In this document: piece by piece, positions 40,650-54,200 of the stretch
How the letters are laid out: each line of letters starts with the position of its first letter
Position numbering within the stretch: the first letter of the stretch is position 1
DNA from: Eledone cirrhosa
Lineage: Eukaryota
Length of the DNA: 64,000 nt
NCBI GenBank assembly: GCA_964016885.1
Contig: OZ024740.1
Location: forward strand, 218,488,001 to 218,552,000
Direction: 5' to 3'
Notes under the pieces: model-generated
What the model saw: only the letters and a program-made list of their open reading frames with translations
The model's database searches: none
What the model was told of the DNA's origin: nothing
Translations under genes and position numbers: made by a program

Positions 40650-41299
40650 CATATAGGTATGAATGTATGTACGTTTGCCTGTTTGATTGTAGTACTAGTT
40701 GTTGTTGTTGTTGTTGTTGTAATACCGCCACCACTACCACCACCACCTACACCATTACCCGCCGCCATGTTTGCCTGCAGCAGTTTGAGCGAAAGAAGAC
40801 GTGTGGTCCAAAAAAAAAAAAAAAAGGCAACACTGTAATTGAAGGTCGCCTATGTAATAACGATGTGTATGTTTTTGCGCCTGGCTACACATGCACCGGA
40901 ACAGGTTGCCAGTCCGGCATGTTAACACGTCTGTGTCAATATTTAGCAATGTTTCTAGTAACTGGCTTTATTTTACAATAAATAGGCATGGCGTCTGCAC
41001 AGGTTTGGCTGGTTGGCTGATCCGTTGATTGGCTTAGTCGGTTGGTTGGTTGGCTGGCTGGCTGGTTCTGTGACTAGCTGGGTTTTTTTTTGGTTGGCTG
41101 GTCGATTGGTTGCCTGCCTTGTTGGCTGGCTGGCGGGGGATTGACTAGCTGGTCGGTTAGTTGGCTGGCTGTTTTTGTTGGTTGATGGTTGGCTGGTCAG
41201 TTAGCTGGCTGCATTATTGACTGGCTAATTGGCTAACTGTTTGGTTGGTTGGTTGGCTGGCCGGTTGGTTGGTTGGTTGATTCCCTTATTCACTGGCTG

Positions 41300-42780
41300 A
41301 TGGATGGCTGTATTATGTAAGAGATGTTGGCCAGGTTGTGGATTGAGGGTGGAGAGAGAGTGAGAAAGAAACTAAGAGACAGGGGGACGAGAATGAGAAA
41401 AAAAACGGGGAGAGAGAGAGATTGGGATACAACCAAAGAGAGGTATTGTAAGAAACGTGTGTGAGGTAGGTTTTGGATTGGAGACTGAGGAAAAGAGAGA
41501 GGAGGGTATGAGGTAGGAAGTGAGCGAGAGAGAGAAAGTATGGTAGAGATAGAAACAAAGAGAGAGGGGTGAGGGAATGAGAGAAACGGAGATAAAAGAG
41601 AAGAGAAAGAATGAGGTTGAAACAGAAAGAAAAAGATAGAAATTGAGAAAGAGAAAGAGAGGGAAAGATAGAAATAGAGCGACCAAAAAAGGTGTTGGCT
41701 TGTTTTGTTGTTATACAAAAGATGTGAACTAAGTTCTGGATTGAAGGGGGAAAGGTAAGAGAGGAGAGAGAGAGGCGGAGAATGAAGTAGTAATAGAGAG
41801 AGAGGGGGGGGGAGAATTGAGTAGTAACAGAGAGAGGGGAGGGGAGAATTAAGTAGTAACCGAGAGAGAGAGGAGGACAGTGGAGAGTTGAGTAGTAACA
41901 GAGAGGGGGGAGGAGGGGTGGATAATTGAGTAGTAACAGAGAGAGGGAAGAAAGAATGAGAGGGTGAGGAGAAGAGGCGTTAGTACACGTTGGTTGTATT
42001 ATAGAGATGTGAGTCAGGATCTGGATTGGAGAGAGGGAGAAAGGTGAAGGAAAAAAATTTAGGAAGACAGCAAAAGAGGCTGTTGACAGTTTGAGAGAAC
42101 GAGAGAAGAAATGTCTATACAAGTGGTTCTATTTTATTCAGAACTACCGTGAGTGATTCGGCCCTTAACTTAACTTCTGAAATACCTGCTTGAGCGGGGT
42201 TCCTTCTCTAAAGACCTTCTGTTATCCAGTTTATTATATAACGTGATGCATGGCTTATAATATACATGAGACGCACCCCAGTTTAGAAGATGATAATAAA
42301 AAAAATCAGAAAAAGGATAGCGAGTCATTTTTTTTTTAATTTAGGAAAACAGCAAAAGAGGCTGTTGACAGTTTGAGAGAACGAGAGAAGAAATGTCTAT
42401 ACAAGTGGTTCTATTTTATTCAGAACTACCAGCTATGTTCTGGATTGGTATATGTGAGGGAGGGAGAGGAAAGAAAGAGGAAGAGACGGATAGACAGAGT
42501 GAACAAGAGGAAAGAGAATAACCAAGACTGAATGAGAAAGGTGAAAAAGAAATGGCGACTTTACAAGTGGCTGTAATATATAAAAGATACTATCCGTGTT
42601 CTGGATTAAATGGAAAGAATGCGGGAGAGAGAGAGAGAGATAATAACAGACACAGCCAGAGGTGAGTGAGTATGAGAAATGCAGAGAGAGAGAGATATAA
42701 ATATATAGAGAGACAGAGAAAGAGGGGGAGAAGAGAGACATAAAATGAGGGGGAAAAGAGAGACAGAGACCTAGAGAGAT
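41300..42780 (+). repeat. GA-rich degenerate minisatellite region, preceded by (TTGG/CTGG)n at about 41000-41280
   Basis: Recurrent anchor GG(C/T)TGTATTAT..AGATG..GTTCTGGATTG and about 30-bp units TTGAGTAGTAACAGAGAG at about 41780-41945. Confidence 0.7.
42056..42430 (+). repeat. 93-bp direct duplication (42056-42148, 42338-42430) flanking a 189-bp insert
   Basis: AATTTAGGAA(G/A)ACAGC..CAGAACTACC occurs twice with one mismatch. Confidence 0.9.
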
Positions 42781-45700
42781 GGGCTCCACCAGGTTTTAAA
42801 TATACCAAAGACACGCTGTATACTACACCAATGCTCATACGACTCTAATGGGTCGGATACCATGTTTTGCAACATAGAGTTACGGCCCTTTACGGTCTGA
42901 GTTCAAATCCCGCCGAGGTTAACTTTGCCTTTCATCCTTACGGAGTCGATAAAATAAAGTACCAGTAATGTACTGTGTAATTGCTGGCTTTGTGCCAAAA
43001 GTAGAAACAATTATATTCCCCATGCTTTGTAGCATAGAGTTATGGCCCGTTACGCTCTGAGTTCAAATCCCGTTGTGGTCAACTTTGTTTTTCATCCTTC
43101 CTGGGTCAATAAAATAAAGTAGAAATTAAGCACTGGGGTTGATATACTCAACTTTCTACTTCCCTTCAAATTGCTGGCCTTATGCTAAGTCTAGTAAGAA
43201 TTATTATTGGTACCATTCTTACTTTCGTATTTCTATTTCAAGATTCGGCTTTGGTACATGTTTTTTATCACTTCCTCTCGGCATTCATGTCAAAGTGTCA
43301 TTATATTTCCCAATGGACATATCCAGGCATGTTTGTGTATATAATCCTTACTTTACACTGACTGAGCAACTAGAGATGCTGTAATCAATTGTTTCTTTGT
43401 GTTGATTACATAGTCTGCGGTTAGCTTTAGCTTGTTGCTCTTTTTTTTTTCAGTGGTCAGGCATCGATCCTGTACAGCTAAAATCAAACCTTCTCTCTCT
43501 CTGTTTTTAGTCAACAACTTTTGAGCTATTGTTGGCTTTCACGCTGACTTACTTCCTCTCTGTCGATTCTTGCAGGATATTAGCAATGGAGTGGTTTTTC
43601 TCTCTATGTTTTTTTCTCTAGTATTTTATAAGGTTTTATGATTTTGTTTTTTATTAGTTTTACCTTCCCTGTTACTGTTTTCTCCCTTATCTAAACCTTT
43701 TCCTCGATGTAATTAGCTTCTAGTTTGTAATTTGTTGTTTCCTTATATAGAGAGAGATGTTTTGCTTTTATATTTGTTTTGTATTGTTTGTTTTTGTTGT
43801 TTGTTTGTTTCATATTTTTCCCTGCTCCCTTATTACAATGGCCCGTTTTCTTTTACTTGTATCCAAGTAATTTTCTAAACCCAATGTTGTTACTTTATAA
43901 TAGCTTTCAATTTGTATCGAACACCGTCCTCCTGCTGTGTTGGGTATCAATAGACATATTCTATTTATACCAGTAGTGGGATGAAACACAGTGAGTAATT
44001 TTGTAGTTTTTCTAAGTCCTTCGGTTAAACTTAACTTCCAGTTCATTATGCTGAAGCCGTGCTATATAAGTGGGGTGACTCGTGTATTTATGTCTATTAT
44101 ATTATCTTTAGCATCAAGTTTAGTTGTTTTATTTTATGTTGGTCTGATTCTTATGGAATACACTTTTCTAATTGTGTCCTTCATTTCGATGTGCTGAATC
44201 TTGTCACTTTCATTTACTCCTAAGTATTTATATGTGTGACTCTGATCTAATTCTCTTGATTTCAGTATCTGGATTTAATTTAATGTTATCAGTTTTAATT
44301 AAATTACCTCTTCCCTTCTAACAATAGTTTTGGCACATTTATCTGAACCCATGCTCAGTTTTTTGACCCAGCTGAATTCATGTACAGCTGTTAATAGATT
44401 CCCCAGCCAGACATTATATCTTCTAAATAGTATTGAATTATTCATTCATGTACAAGAGGCGATTTATAATGTGTTAATATCATTTATAACGATATGTGTT
44501 TTCAATTGGCAAATGAAATACAATTGAAGAAGGTGGAAACGAATATCCGTGAAAGATTCCTTTTCCTTTGGGTATAAGGTTGTTGTTGTTTTTTAAAAAG
44601 AATACCTAAACTACTCCTTGGGTGGTTGTAAAATATATTAAATATAATGGAACGTTTCATTCTTTCTTGAAAACTAAAAATTGTCAGTTGATAAGATTAA
44701 ATATAACATCGAAATAATTTACTATATCGATATCGAATACTACAAATATACTAAGATTGAATTACTTGAAAAAAAATATGGCTATCTTTTCCTGAATTTG
44801 TATTTCTGAGTTTTACTAAGCCATCGTCGCGGTATAAACCCGCGAAACAAAAGGGAATAATGAGTTTGGGATATAAAATCCTACTATGTCGTTTATCTCT
44901 GCTGAAGCTATACTTCTCATAGTAACTTCGAAAAATACGTTAGATTGTCTTGTGTCCTGATATTATTATCGTATGGAATGGCAGTATCGGTAGAGGGTCT
45001 GACGCCGTGCTTTGCAGCAAAGAGTTACGGCCCTTTATGGTCTGAGTTCAAATCTCGCCGAGGTAAACTTTGCCTTTCATCCTTATGGGGTCGATAAAAT
45101 AAAGTATCAGTAATACACTGGGATAATTGCTGGCCTTGTGCCAAAAGTAGAAACAATTATTATCGTAAGAGGTGGTGAATTGGAAGAGTTGTTAAAATGT
45201 CGGATAGAATACTTTGCAGTATTCGTCCCGGCTCACTGAGCTTTGAGTTTAAATCACGCCGAGATTAACTTTGCCTTTCGTCCTTTCTAGATCGATAAAA
45301 AGTACCAGATATTGAGGTCGGTTCTTCGTCTTTATCTCTTTTTCACTTCTCTATCAATCTCTCTCCTTTGGTAGACATCAGATAGGTTCCCTTGGGTTTT
45401 AATGCCCAAGAAACGCCGTATGTCAATATGGCGCCCTGTAACTCCATCAGGGGTTACGGATCCATACATACAGATTTTTTAGCATAAAAAATAATATCAG
45501 TCTCTGGGGCTAATATTAATGAAAAATTCTTGTGGTGAAATTGATAGCACCATTTAAGAGAGTTTCTGTAATCGAATGATCTGGAAAAAAATAACAGCAA
45601 TATTTGCCGCTGGGTTGGGGATTGAAACTAAGTAATTACGGAATCAGTGTTTTTTCAAATTCGAGGCGAAACTAATTTTGGATATTTTCTGGTTCTTTAA

Positions 45701-46254
45701 TTAGTCTTGTGATCTTTAAAAATAAAATATGGATTTTGTAAATCTAGACATTCAACCGTCTATAATACGTTCACTTCTTGCGTTCACTTCACATAGATAT
45801 CATGTAAGACTAGAAAACAATTTTTTTTTGTATTTGTTTTTAATCGTTTTAGATAAGAATCTGTGGTATTTGTGTTTATCGATTTGATATAAGTTTTTAA
45901 TTTTATCTGAAGAAATTTAAAAAAACATCATTACATGTAGGGGTAAACGACCTTAGATAACAAACCACAAACCACAACGAAGTAATAAACACTCATCAGT
46001 TTTATAATGCAACTACTACTTACAGTAATAAATGAACAACACTGTCTCTTGTGGCACATATTTATAGTCAAGTGAACTTGGTCGAATTCCTGTTGAATTC
46101 CTGAGACAGTTGTGGTTTAGCAAAAGAAATATCTTTTGACTAGCCTTTGTATCACCAGTGAAAAACATTTATTTTATTCTATGTTAAACATTCATAATGA
46201 AAACCGTTAACCCTTTTTAACACCAACCCACCTGAAATCGCCCATGATTCTATA

Positions 46255-47077
46255 GGAAAAAACATTTGTTTTAAAATGTTTATATTTATTTTTAAACCTT
46301 CCATTATGATTTTATGTAAAATCCTTTGTTAAGTTATGTTCCAAACACCAGCTTACTAGTGAGCAGGTTAGTTCTGTTATTAATCTCTCCAAATTCTTAA
46401 TTGTTTTCAAACCTATTTGAAAACCATATAAGTGTAATAATTGTTTCTACTTTAGGCACAAGGCCAGCAATTACCCAGTGCATTACTGGTACTTTATTTT
46501 ATCGACTCTTTGCTGCAAAGGGCCGTAACTTTTTGCTGCAAAGCATCAAAGAGTTACAGCCCTTTATAGTCTGAGTGCAAATCCCACCGAGGTTAACTCT
46601 GCCTCTCATCCTTACGGGGTCGATAAAATAAAGTACCAGTAATACACTGGGATAATTGCTGGCCTTGTGCCAAAAGTAGAAACAATTATTACACTGTATA
46701 TGAGGGCGGTGAATTGGCAGTATCATTAGAGCGTCAGACACCATGCTTTACAGCATAGAGGTATGGCCCTTTACGTTCTCAGTTTAAATCCAGCTGAGGT
46801 TAACTGTGCCTTTCATCTTTATGGGGTCGATAAAATAAAGTACCAGTAATGCACTGGGTAATTGCTGGCCTTGTGCCTAAAGTAGAAACAATTATTACAC
46901 TTATATGGTTTTCAAATAGGTTTGAAAACAATTAAGAATTTGGAGAGATTAATAACAGAACTAACCTGCTCACTAGTAAGCTGGTGTTTGGAACATAACT
47001 TAACAAAGGATTTTACATAAAATCATAATGGAAGGTTTAAAAATAAATATAAACATTTTAAAACAAATGTTTTTTCC
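46255..47077. repeat. Inverted duplication with arms of about 250 bp (46255-46506 / 46826-47077) around a SINE-filled spacer
   Basis: Arms appear identical by eye and include both SINE tail and flanking sequence. Confidence 0.9.
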
Positions 47078-47995
47078 TGTATATTGCACTGTATATGGTT
47101 TTCAAACAGGTTTGAAAACAATTAAGAATTTGGAGAGATTAGTAACATTGGTAACAAATGGGTTAGATTAATTTGAAAACGAGGTGTTTCCATAGCTTTG
47201 TATAGTCATGGTTTCATCTTTTATTCGCCTTGGTCTGTAAGTGATAAGACCATTTTCAATCCTGCCTGCCGCCATAAAAGTTTGTCGACCGCTGCACTTT
47301 AGTGTTACGGCACGGTTTGGAAATCTCATGTTTATATCTCGCTCGGAAAAGGGTTGAGTGTCTGAAACAGTGAAATGTTTCATTCTTTACGGCAAATCAT
47401 TCACATTCATTCTTTTTTTCCTGCGAACTTTTGTTATATGTTCTTTGATGTTTGTTTGTTTGTTTGTTTTTTGTTGTTGTTGTTTTTTTTTTGTTTTTTT
47501 TTGTATTTCTTTGTTTTTTCTGAACAGTTGATTTTGGCTTCAAAACATGTAATTGACGCCAATTTGGCAACAATGTAAAATAGCTTTGAAATTGGTCTTC
47601 TCTTACTCACAACGACACTCATGTGCATACATACAAACACATACAGACACACAGACAGATACCCGAGTAGGAATGAGTAGTAATATGATAGAGGAAAGAA
47701 TGGAGGGAGGAAAATGAGGGAGACGTATGAGACATTGGTTGTGGCTTTCGTTTAGCCCTAGGTCATCCATAGTTGAGCACACCTTATCAAAATGTGTTCA
47801 ATACGAGACCATTCCATTTTGTTGTGGGGATGGAGTGGAGTTTTGAAACAGCGTACATTTAGGACCTCACCATCGAATGTGTGTGTGTGTTTTGTTTTTT
47901 ACAACCGTATGATGTGATTTGAGGGTGGGGGAGTTGAATGCTATTTCTACACAGATGCTTTTTTGCATAAACGTTCAGCCTATCAGTTTTCTCTT

Positions 47996-48180
47996 GTAGA
48001 TGATCTCTCTTTAAAGAGAGCACTGCTAGATCATCCACATACTTAAGATTTTCTAAATGGGAGAAAATAGTCCAGTGGATACCTCTGGGTGTAGATGATC
48101 TCTCTTTAAAGAGAGCACTGCTAGATCATCCAAATAGTTAAGATCTTCTAAATGGGTGATAATTGTCCAGTGGATGCCTT
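47996..48180 (+). repeat. Tandem duplication of about 95 bp containing a hairpin
   Basis: GTAGATGATCTCTCTTTAAAGAGAGCACTGCTAGATCATCCA..GTCCAGTGGAT twice. Confidence 0.88.
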
Positions 48181-48282
48181 AAGATTTATTTGGCGTGGCC
48201 ATATGTATATCCCAGTGGATGATAACTATGAAGGGGAAGGTAACTATGAAGGGGAAGGGGAGATAATATATTTGTATTGCAC

Positions 48283-48478
48283 AAACCATTCAGAAAAATC
48301 TTGTCAATTACTCCACAGTATCTGAAATTCTTATAAAGCAGACTTATCAGGGTGATGATCTTCTCATGGAATCCATATGACCTCAGGATATCTCAGAGGG
48401 TCTCCCTGTGCACACTGGCAAAATCTTTATTTTTAAAGTCTATTAAGTTGATGAAGAGTGGCGCTGTTTGGTACAATT
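48283..48478 (-). mobile_element. RTE-type LINE reverse transcriptase fragment
   Basis: Minus translation PLFINLIDFK..FASVHRETL*DILRSYGFHEKIITLISLLY..SEWF. Confidence 0.78.
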
Positions 48479-48570
48479 TGATGCTGGAGAAGTTCAGAGT
48501 AAATTGTTTTTCTTATTTATAAACATCTACATTATTTATTAGATATTTAGATATCTACATTATTTACTGT

Positions 48571-48900
48571 GAAGGTGCATGACTTAAGGGCTAAAGTGTT
48601 ATTCACAATCATGAGGTCGTGAGTTCGATTCCTGGACCGGGCGATGCGTTGTGTTCTTGAGCAAGAAAACACTTTACTTCACGTTGCTCCAGCTCATTCA
48701 ACTGTAGATATGAGTTGTGACGTCACTGGTGTCAAATTGTATCAGCCTTCGCCTTTCTCTTGGACAACGTCGGTGGCATGAAGTGGTGAAACTGGTATAT
48801 ATGGGTGCCTGATGGTTTCCACAACAGTACTTTTCCCGGACTTGTGCCTCAGAGAGAAAACTTTCTATAGGGTGGCCACTGAAAGACTGAATAACTTTTA
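48571..48900 (+). mobile_element. tRNA/CORE-like SINE (representative)
   Basis: A/B boxes then GTTGTGTTCTTGAGCAAG..ACTT. Relatives at about 5-150(+), 400-545(-), 11960-12205(-), 13776-13890(+), 22563-22712(+), 33455-33605(+), 37190-37480(+), 52700-52865(-). Confidence 0.75.
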
Positions 48901-49279
48901 CAAACACATGGTTTTTTATTTTTCTATTATTTTATTTGGAGATATAAGTAATGGATTATTTTTCAGTATTATGTGTGAAAAACAAGGGATGCTCTATAAC
49001 CCGTAAAAAAAAAGAAAAGAAAAAAGATTGAAAATGAACAAGTTTTCAGTGGTCACCCTGTAGGTGCAAATCCCATGTCATTCGTAACGAGAAGGGATCT
49101 TTACATTATTTACTGTCCACAACTATAGCCCTAGAATATATTTATTATCAAACTTCATTTAAGTTTCTAGCCTTTGCTATAGTATAAATTTCGTCGTACA
49201 TTAGTCACCCATCAGCTCACTGTATTTGTCTTTTCTAGGAATAGTTAATATTTTCCATTGTCATACTTCTGTTTATTCA

Positions 49280-49357
49280 TGTGATTTTTGTTTTCATTTT
49301 CAGGTAAGTCCTACATTGAACTTTACTTATTGAAAATTATGCTGTAAAAAGGTGAGT
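49280..49357 (+). other. Candidate recursive splice site / 48-nt exon (49304-49351)
   Basis: TTTTTGTTTTCATTTTCAG|GTAAGT followed 48 nt later by AAG|GTGAGT. Confidence 0.45.
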
Positions 49358-49499
49358 TTTTTTTTTTTTTTTTTTTTCCCAGCAATATATTAGAAATTTC
49401 ATTTTAAGTCCAAAGACAATAAAATTCACAATTCAGAAATGTAATAACATATATCTCGTTCCCGACTGACTTTTATATTTCTAACTTTTACCATACACT

Positions 49500-49860
49500 C
49501 CATAGTATCGGTACCTCTCCGACAGGTTTGCTGTCGTGCCCCTAGCAGTGGAAACTTCTCGTGTCCTTGACCCTAGGATTACCTCCCTACTTTCCGCCAT
49601 ATGCGCTGAGCTGGCTAGCCTCAGGTCTGAGCCTCACGAAATGGAATGGCTCTTCCAGCGCAAATCCCTTACCATCCTCCGGGGAAACGCCGTCTCTATT
49701 CTGTCCGCCGAGGGCGTGGGGCGGCCAGCCCGTGGGACCCCATTTGCTCATAATACAGAGAGCTGGGGAGGGACAAGATAGATGGAAGCGATAAAAGTGG
49801 GAATATGCCTCTTCCGTGTTCGGGCCTGGTGTGCAGCGTCAGTTGTCCGTAGGGAGGTAG
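49500..49860 (+). mobile_element. CRE-clade non-LTR retrotransposon 3' end (restriction-like endonuclease C-terminus)
   Basis: YRYLSDRFAVVPLAVETS..WLFQRKSLTILRGNAVSIL matches the KY..L...F.P.AVET..QR.S....RGNA signature; followed by (TACA)n/(TACC)n. Confidence 0.75.
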
Positions 49861-50072
49861 TGATTCATACATACATGCATGCATGCATACATACATACAT
49901 ACCTACCTACCTACCTACATACATACATACATACATACCTACCTACCTACCTACCTACATACATACATACATACATACCTACCTACCTACCTACCTACCT
50001 ACCTACCTACCTACCTACCTACCTACCTACATACATACATACATACATACATACATACATACATACATACAT

Positions 50073-50639
50073 AGTGGCTGCCAACACGTTTTCGAGTACG
50101 GCCACTACTTTATATCCATGTAGGAGAACCCCTACCCATGCGCTGAACGAGTGTGACTTTTTAGTCCAGCCAGCGACTTGAAAACTCTGGTACAAACACT
50201 TCACTTGTGACAATTATTGACACATAGTGCTGGGCCCATGGTACCATGTGCCGACAAGTGCAGAGAGATCTCCAGATATAAAGCAATACCTGTGCCATGA
50301 AGCTTTTATAGTGAGCAAAGGCACTGCACAAAGCCAGTCCCACTCTCTTAACCAAGATGATATTTACCAAAAAGAAGAACAAGTCAACATCATTGGATAC
50401 CATCAGGGTTGCAGGTGTTATATCAGAGTTTTCCTTCTCCTAGAATTCTGCCTTGACAAAGGCTAAGGGGTCATCTCTCCCGGTGATTTTGGATGGCCAT
50501 TGACTCTTAAGAGCTCCTTTGCCCTTTGACAGGTTTTGTTTTTAGTCCTGCAGGATGTCCAAAGTCACCCTCCTCACCAAGAAACCTTGGTGGGTTGCCA
50601 GTTTAGTCGCCAACGACCCGACCATGAGACAGGTTGTAC
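50073..50639 (-). mobile_element. Copy of the 590-bp RTE-derived element in (TACA)n
   Basis: Reverse complement of about 30487-31054. Confidence 0.85.
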
Positions 50640-52916
50640 ATACATACATACATACATACATACATACATACATACATGTATGTATGAAGTAATTCCGTCG
50701 GAAAGGTACAGGAAAAAAGAGTGCTCTATGTAGGTTACAGAGCTTATTAGTTATGTAATGAACAACATAAGATAATTATTTCATTTACCATATATATATA
50801 TATATAAGTATTATATATATATAAGTATTATATTGTTCTCTTAGGATTATTTTGAAGTACCTCTTCCTGGCATAAAACTGCTAATCTAAATCTATCAACA
50901 GCATTTTACCAACCCCGACATTCTCTTTCTACCATCCTATAGTATCTTCTTAATGGTCAAGACACAACATCCATTGATATGTACTAAAATCGATGGGATT
51001 TTTTTAAAACACACTTGGTATATCCATAACTTTCTAAATGTGGTGTTAATTAATAGATCCTGTTAGGCAACCTTTCTGCTGCTAGTGTCACATAATATAC
51101 TACAGTGTCAGTTCTTCATTTTACCCGGAAAGTGCTTAGTTTGTATATATCTCTGGCCCATGGGTGCATCTTGTAGAATTGACTAGAATAGTTCAAGAAC
51201 TCAAACTAGAAGCCTCATTTGAGCATAATATAGTCTATTGATGACTGCTTTCTTACTAACGCCTCTCTTTGGGTACTGGTACGGATAGCTAGAAGCAGAC
51301 CTGTCAACTCACCCCATCCGACGGGAAGATTTGCAATAGCTTTTGGGGTGGATGAGAGATGTCTTCTCTTGTTAAAATAGGTATAGCTTTCATTATCTAA
51401 AATCTCCCCATTTTGCCTCATTTCTCCCTGTTTTGGGGCATTTTTTTCATGGTACTCCCAGTTTGGGGTTTTAGAGGTTGGCAGGTTTACTAGAATGTAT
51501 TGTGGAAAACATTTTCCAAGACAAACCTATAGCCAGATAATTAAAAGGCTCAGATCGTATGGGCGTCACATCGGAAAGCTGCCCTATCTGCCGGCTCGTA
51601 ATTCTGGTTCTTATTCTCAAGCCGATGGTAGGCTTTTAAGTCAGAGTGCAGAGAGCTGGATCAAATAGCGTGAAGCATTTAATCCAACGCTCTAGCGACT
51701 TTGCAAATTCGCCGCCTTCTTCAGATAAATATTAGTTACACTAACACTTGGCTAACTAATTGTGTAATTATTTTGCTCTCAGTAGCAGCGGGTGTTCCGT
51801 TATAGATATCACTTTGCTTGAACTGGGGAAAAAAATAAAGCAAACGCTCGAAAAATAAATCAATGGCGTATAAAAACTAAAGTCTAAAACTAAGGGCGAT
51901 GATAAGACTTTTTTTTCAATTAGCAATGTCATGTCCATAAAACTGTCCACCTTGATAGATAGATATATCGTCCTCCGTCTCCTCCTTCTCACAACACTAC
52001 CAACCAACAAAGTGGAAAACAATTACGCTGAAATATAGCTGTCATTGAGTTGTTCTGCGATGCGAGAGAAGACGAAGTGATGCGGGAGAGCTAATGTCCA
52101 AATGAATGGTCAATTAAGTCTACCAACTCTAAACTGCACGAAAAACGAGAGCCTTTTTCTTGTGAATAATTTATAATTATAACAGTTAAGTTCGCTTTAC
52201 ATGTGCAATATAGGCGGTGAATTGCTGGGACTGTTAGAACGTCAGATAGAATGTTTAGCGGTATTAGTTCCGACTCTCTGCGCTTTGAGTTCGAACCATG
52301 CTGGGGTCAAGTTTGCATCTCATCCATTCGACGTTGATAAAGTACCAGTCCAGTACTGGGGTCGGTTCTTCCTCTATATCTCTTTCTCCCTTCTCGCTCT
52401 CTCACTCTCTTTTCCTTCTCAGGAGGAAACCGGGGCTGTGTTCAAACCTGGAGAGGGTTGGGCTTCGTCAGGTTTAAAACACCGTATATCACTTTGGTAC
52501 CCCAACAATTCCTCGATACATATATATGAACAATGAAACGATACCTATACATTCATTCTTTCATTCTTTTTTTATGGAATCGTGCCATGCTGGAGCACTG
52601 TATTGAATAGTTTTTGTCGATGACATAGACAAACAGCACCAGCTGGTAAGCTATGTAAACGTAGACACGGACGTGTGCCTGTGTGTGTGTGTGTGTGTGT
52701 GTAGGGAGAGCTTCTGTAGTTTCCATCTACCAAATTCACTGACAAGGCGTTGATCAACCCGAAGCTATATAGTGAAAGACATACCGAATGAGCCACGGTC
52801 TGTGACTGAACCCGAAACCGTATGATAACGAAGCGGACTTCTTAATCACACATCCATGCCTGCTCCTTTATGTGACACACACATACACACACACGCACAC
52901 GCACACACACACACAC

Positions 52917-52954
<38 letters not shown>

Positions 52955-53190
52955 TCTTTAAGTCGTTTGGAAGCCTCGACAACGCAAATGGGTAAATCTC
53001 CGGGTAACAAGATCCGGTGGTGGAGAGAGAGATGTAAGTGGGTGTACGTTGAGATGCGTGGTGTGTAAAGATGTGTAATTGTGTAGAAGAAAGAAGGGAA
53101 GAGTATAAAGGATAAAATAAAAATAACAACACAAGATATATATATATATATATATAAAAAAATAGCCAAGATTAAATTACATTAAATTAT

Positions 53191-53269
53191 TTAATTTATT
53201 TACGATCGTTTCAAACAATACAGCAGTAAAATTCATTTCTGCTGTATTTATTTCTTCAGAATGTATTAA
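53191..53269 (-). ncRNA. Type I hammerhead with long stem II
   Basis: Minus strand TTAATACATT CTGAAGA AATAAATACAGCAG..CTGCTGTATTGTTT GAAA CGATCG TA AATAAATTAA: palindromic ACGATCGT, GUA triplet. Confidence 0.85.
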
Positions 53270-53429
53270 GCAACATAAACAACATCAATATTTACCAAAC
53301 TCATTGTAAAACTACTGTGATTGGAAATTTACCGATTGGATTGAACTCTGAACTGTCACAGCTGTCTTTTCACAGCTGTGGACTATAAAATCACATTTGA
53401 CCTTTGAATTATTCTGTGCCTTTACACAT

Positions 53430-53462
<33 letters not shown>

Positions 53463-53464
<2 letters not shown>

Positions 53465-53971
53465 CTAGCCGAATTATCCGCGCCTTGCTGCGTTTCACAC
53501 ATGTTTTCTTTTTGTAAGAAAATGATGGTTGATTTTAAATTAGTGATATAATTTATGGAAAAAAACTCTACATTTCAATATTACTCAATGTAAAATGTAA
53601 TGCATGAAAAATTGTAAAACATTATTTTTTGTAATATATCAAATCAAAATTATATTATTAAATTTTATTCTTATTTTGTTTCTTGTAAATAATTTTTTTT
53701 TAAATATCAATTCAAAACTTTTGTGAATAGGCATCATATCTTGTCATTTACCTATGATTTAAATTTCATATAAATCGAAGGGAAAACATTTTCAGAGGGG
53801 TTTGAACCCCCGGAGAACCCTTTGATTAAAATTAAATATACTTATCCAAGTACCCTAGGAAATGTAGTTTTCAGAATATATATAGTTATGGGGGTCTATC
53901 TCCAAAACTATAGGAGGAGTTCGTGAACAAACAAACAAACAGACAGGAACTACAACTTTATATATATAGAT
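53463..53971. mobile_element. Helentron-associated non-autonomous element (HINE/DINE-1-like)
   Basis: Begins TACTAGCCGAATTATCCGCGCCTTGCTGCG and ends (ACAA)n AGACAG..CTTTATATATATAGAT, as in Helentron-type termini. Confidence 0.6.
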
Positions 53972-54026
53972 ATATACATAGAAATATACATTATATATAT
54001 ATATATATACACACAAATACACACAT

Positions 54027-54085
<59 letters not shown>

Positions 54086-54200
54086 AATATAAAAGGCAGA
54101 GTTAATAACTCATACTGATACCCTCGTAATTTTAGACACACGATTTACTGTGTTTATTACTACATATATATATATATATATATATTTATAAAACCATATC

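Noticed and set aside
40761-40838. GCCGCCATG Kozak-like start of a 23-aa ORF
   Set aside because: Arises from a CCA/CCG repeat and runs into an A tract; no supporting gene structure.
41290-42838. Ser/Leu/Phe-rich minus-strand ORFs up to 269 aa
   Set aside because: Low-complexity translations of the GA-rich repeat.
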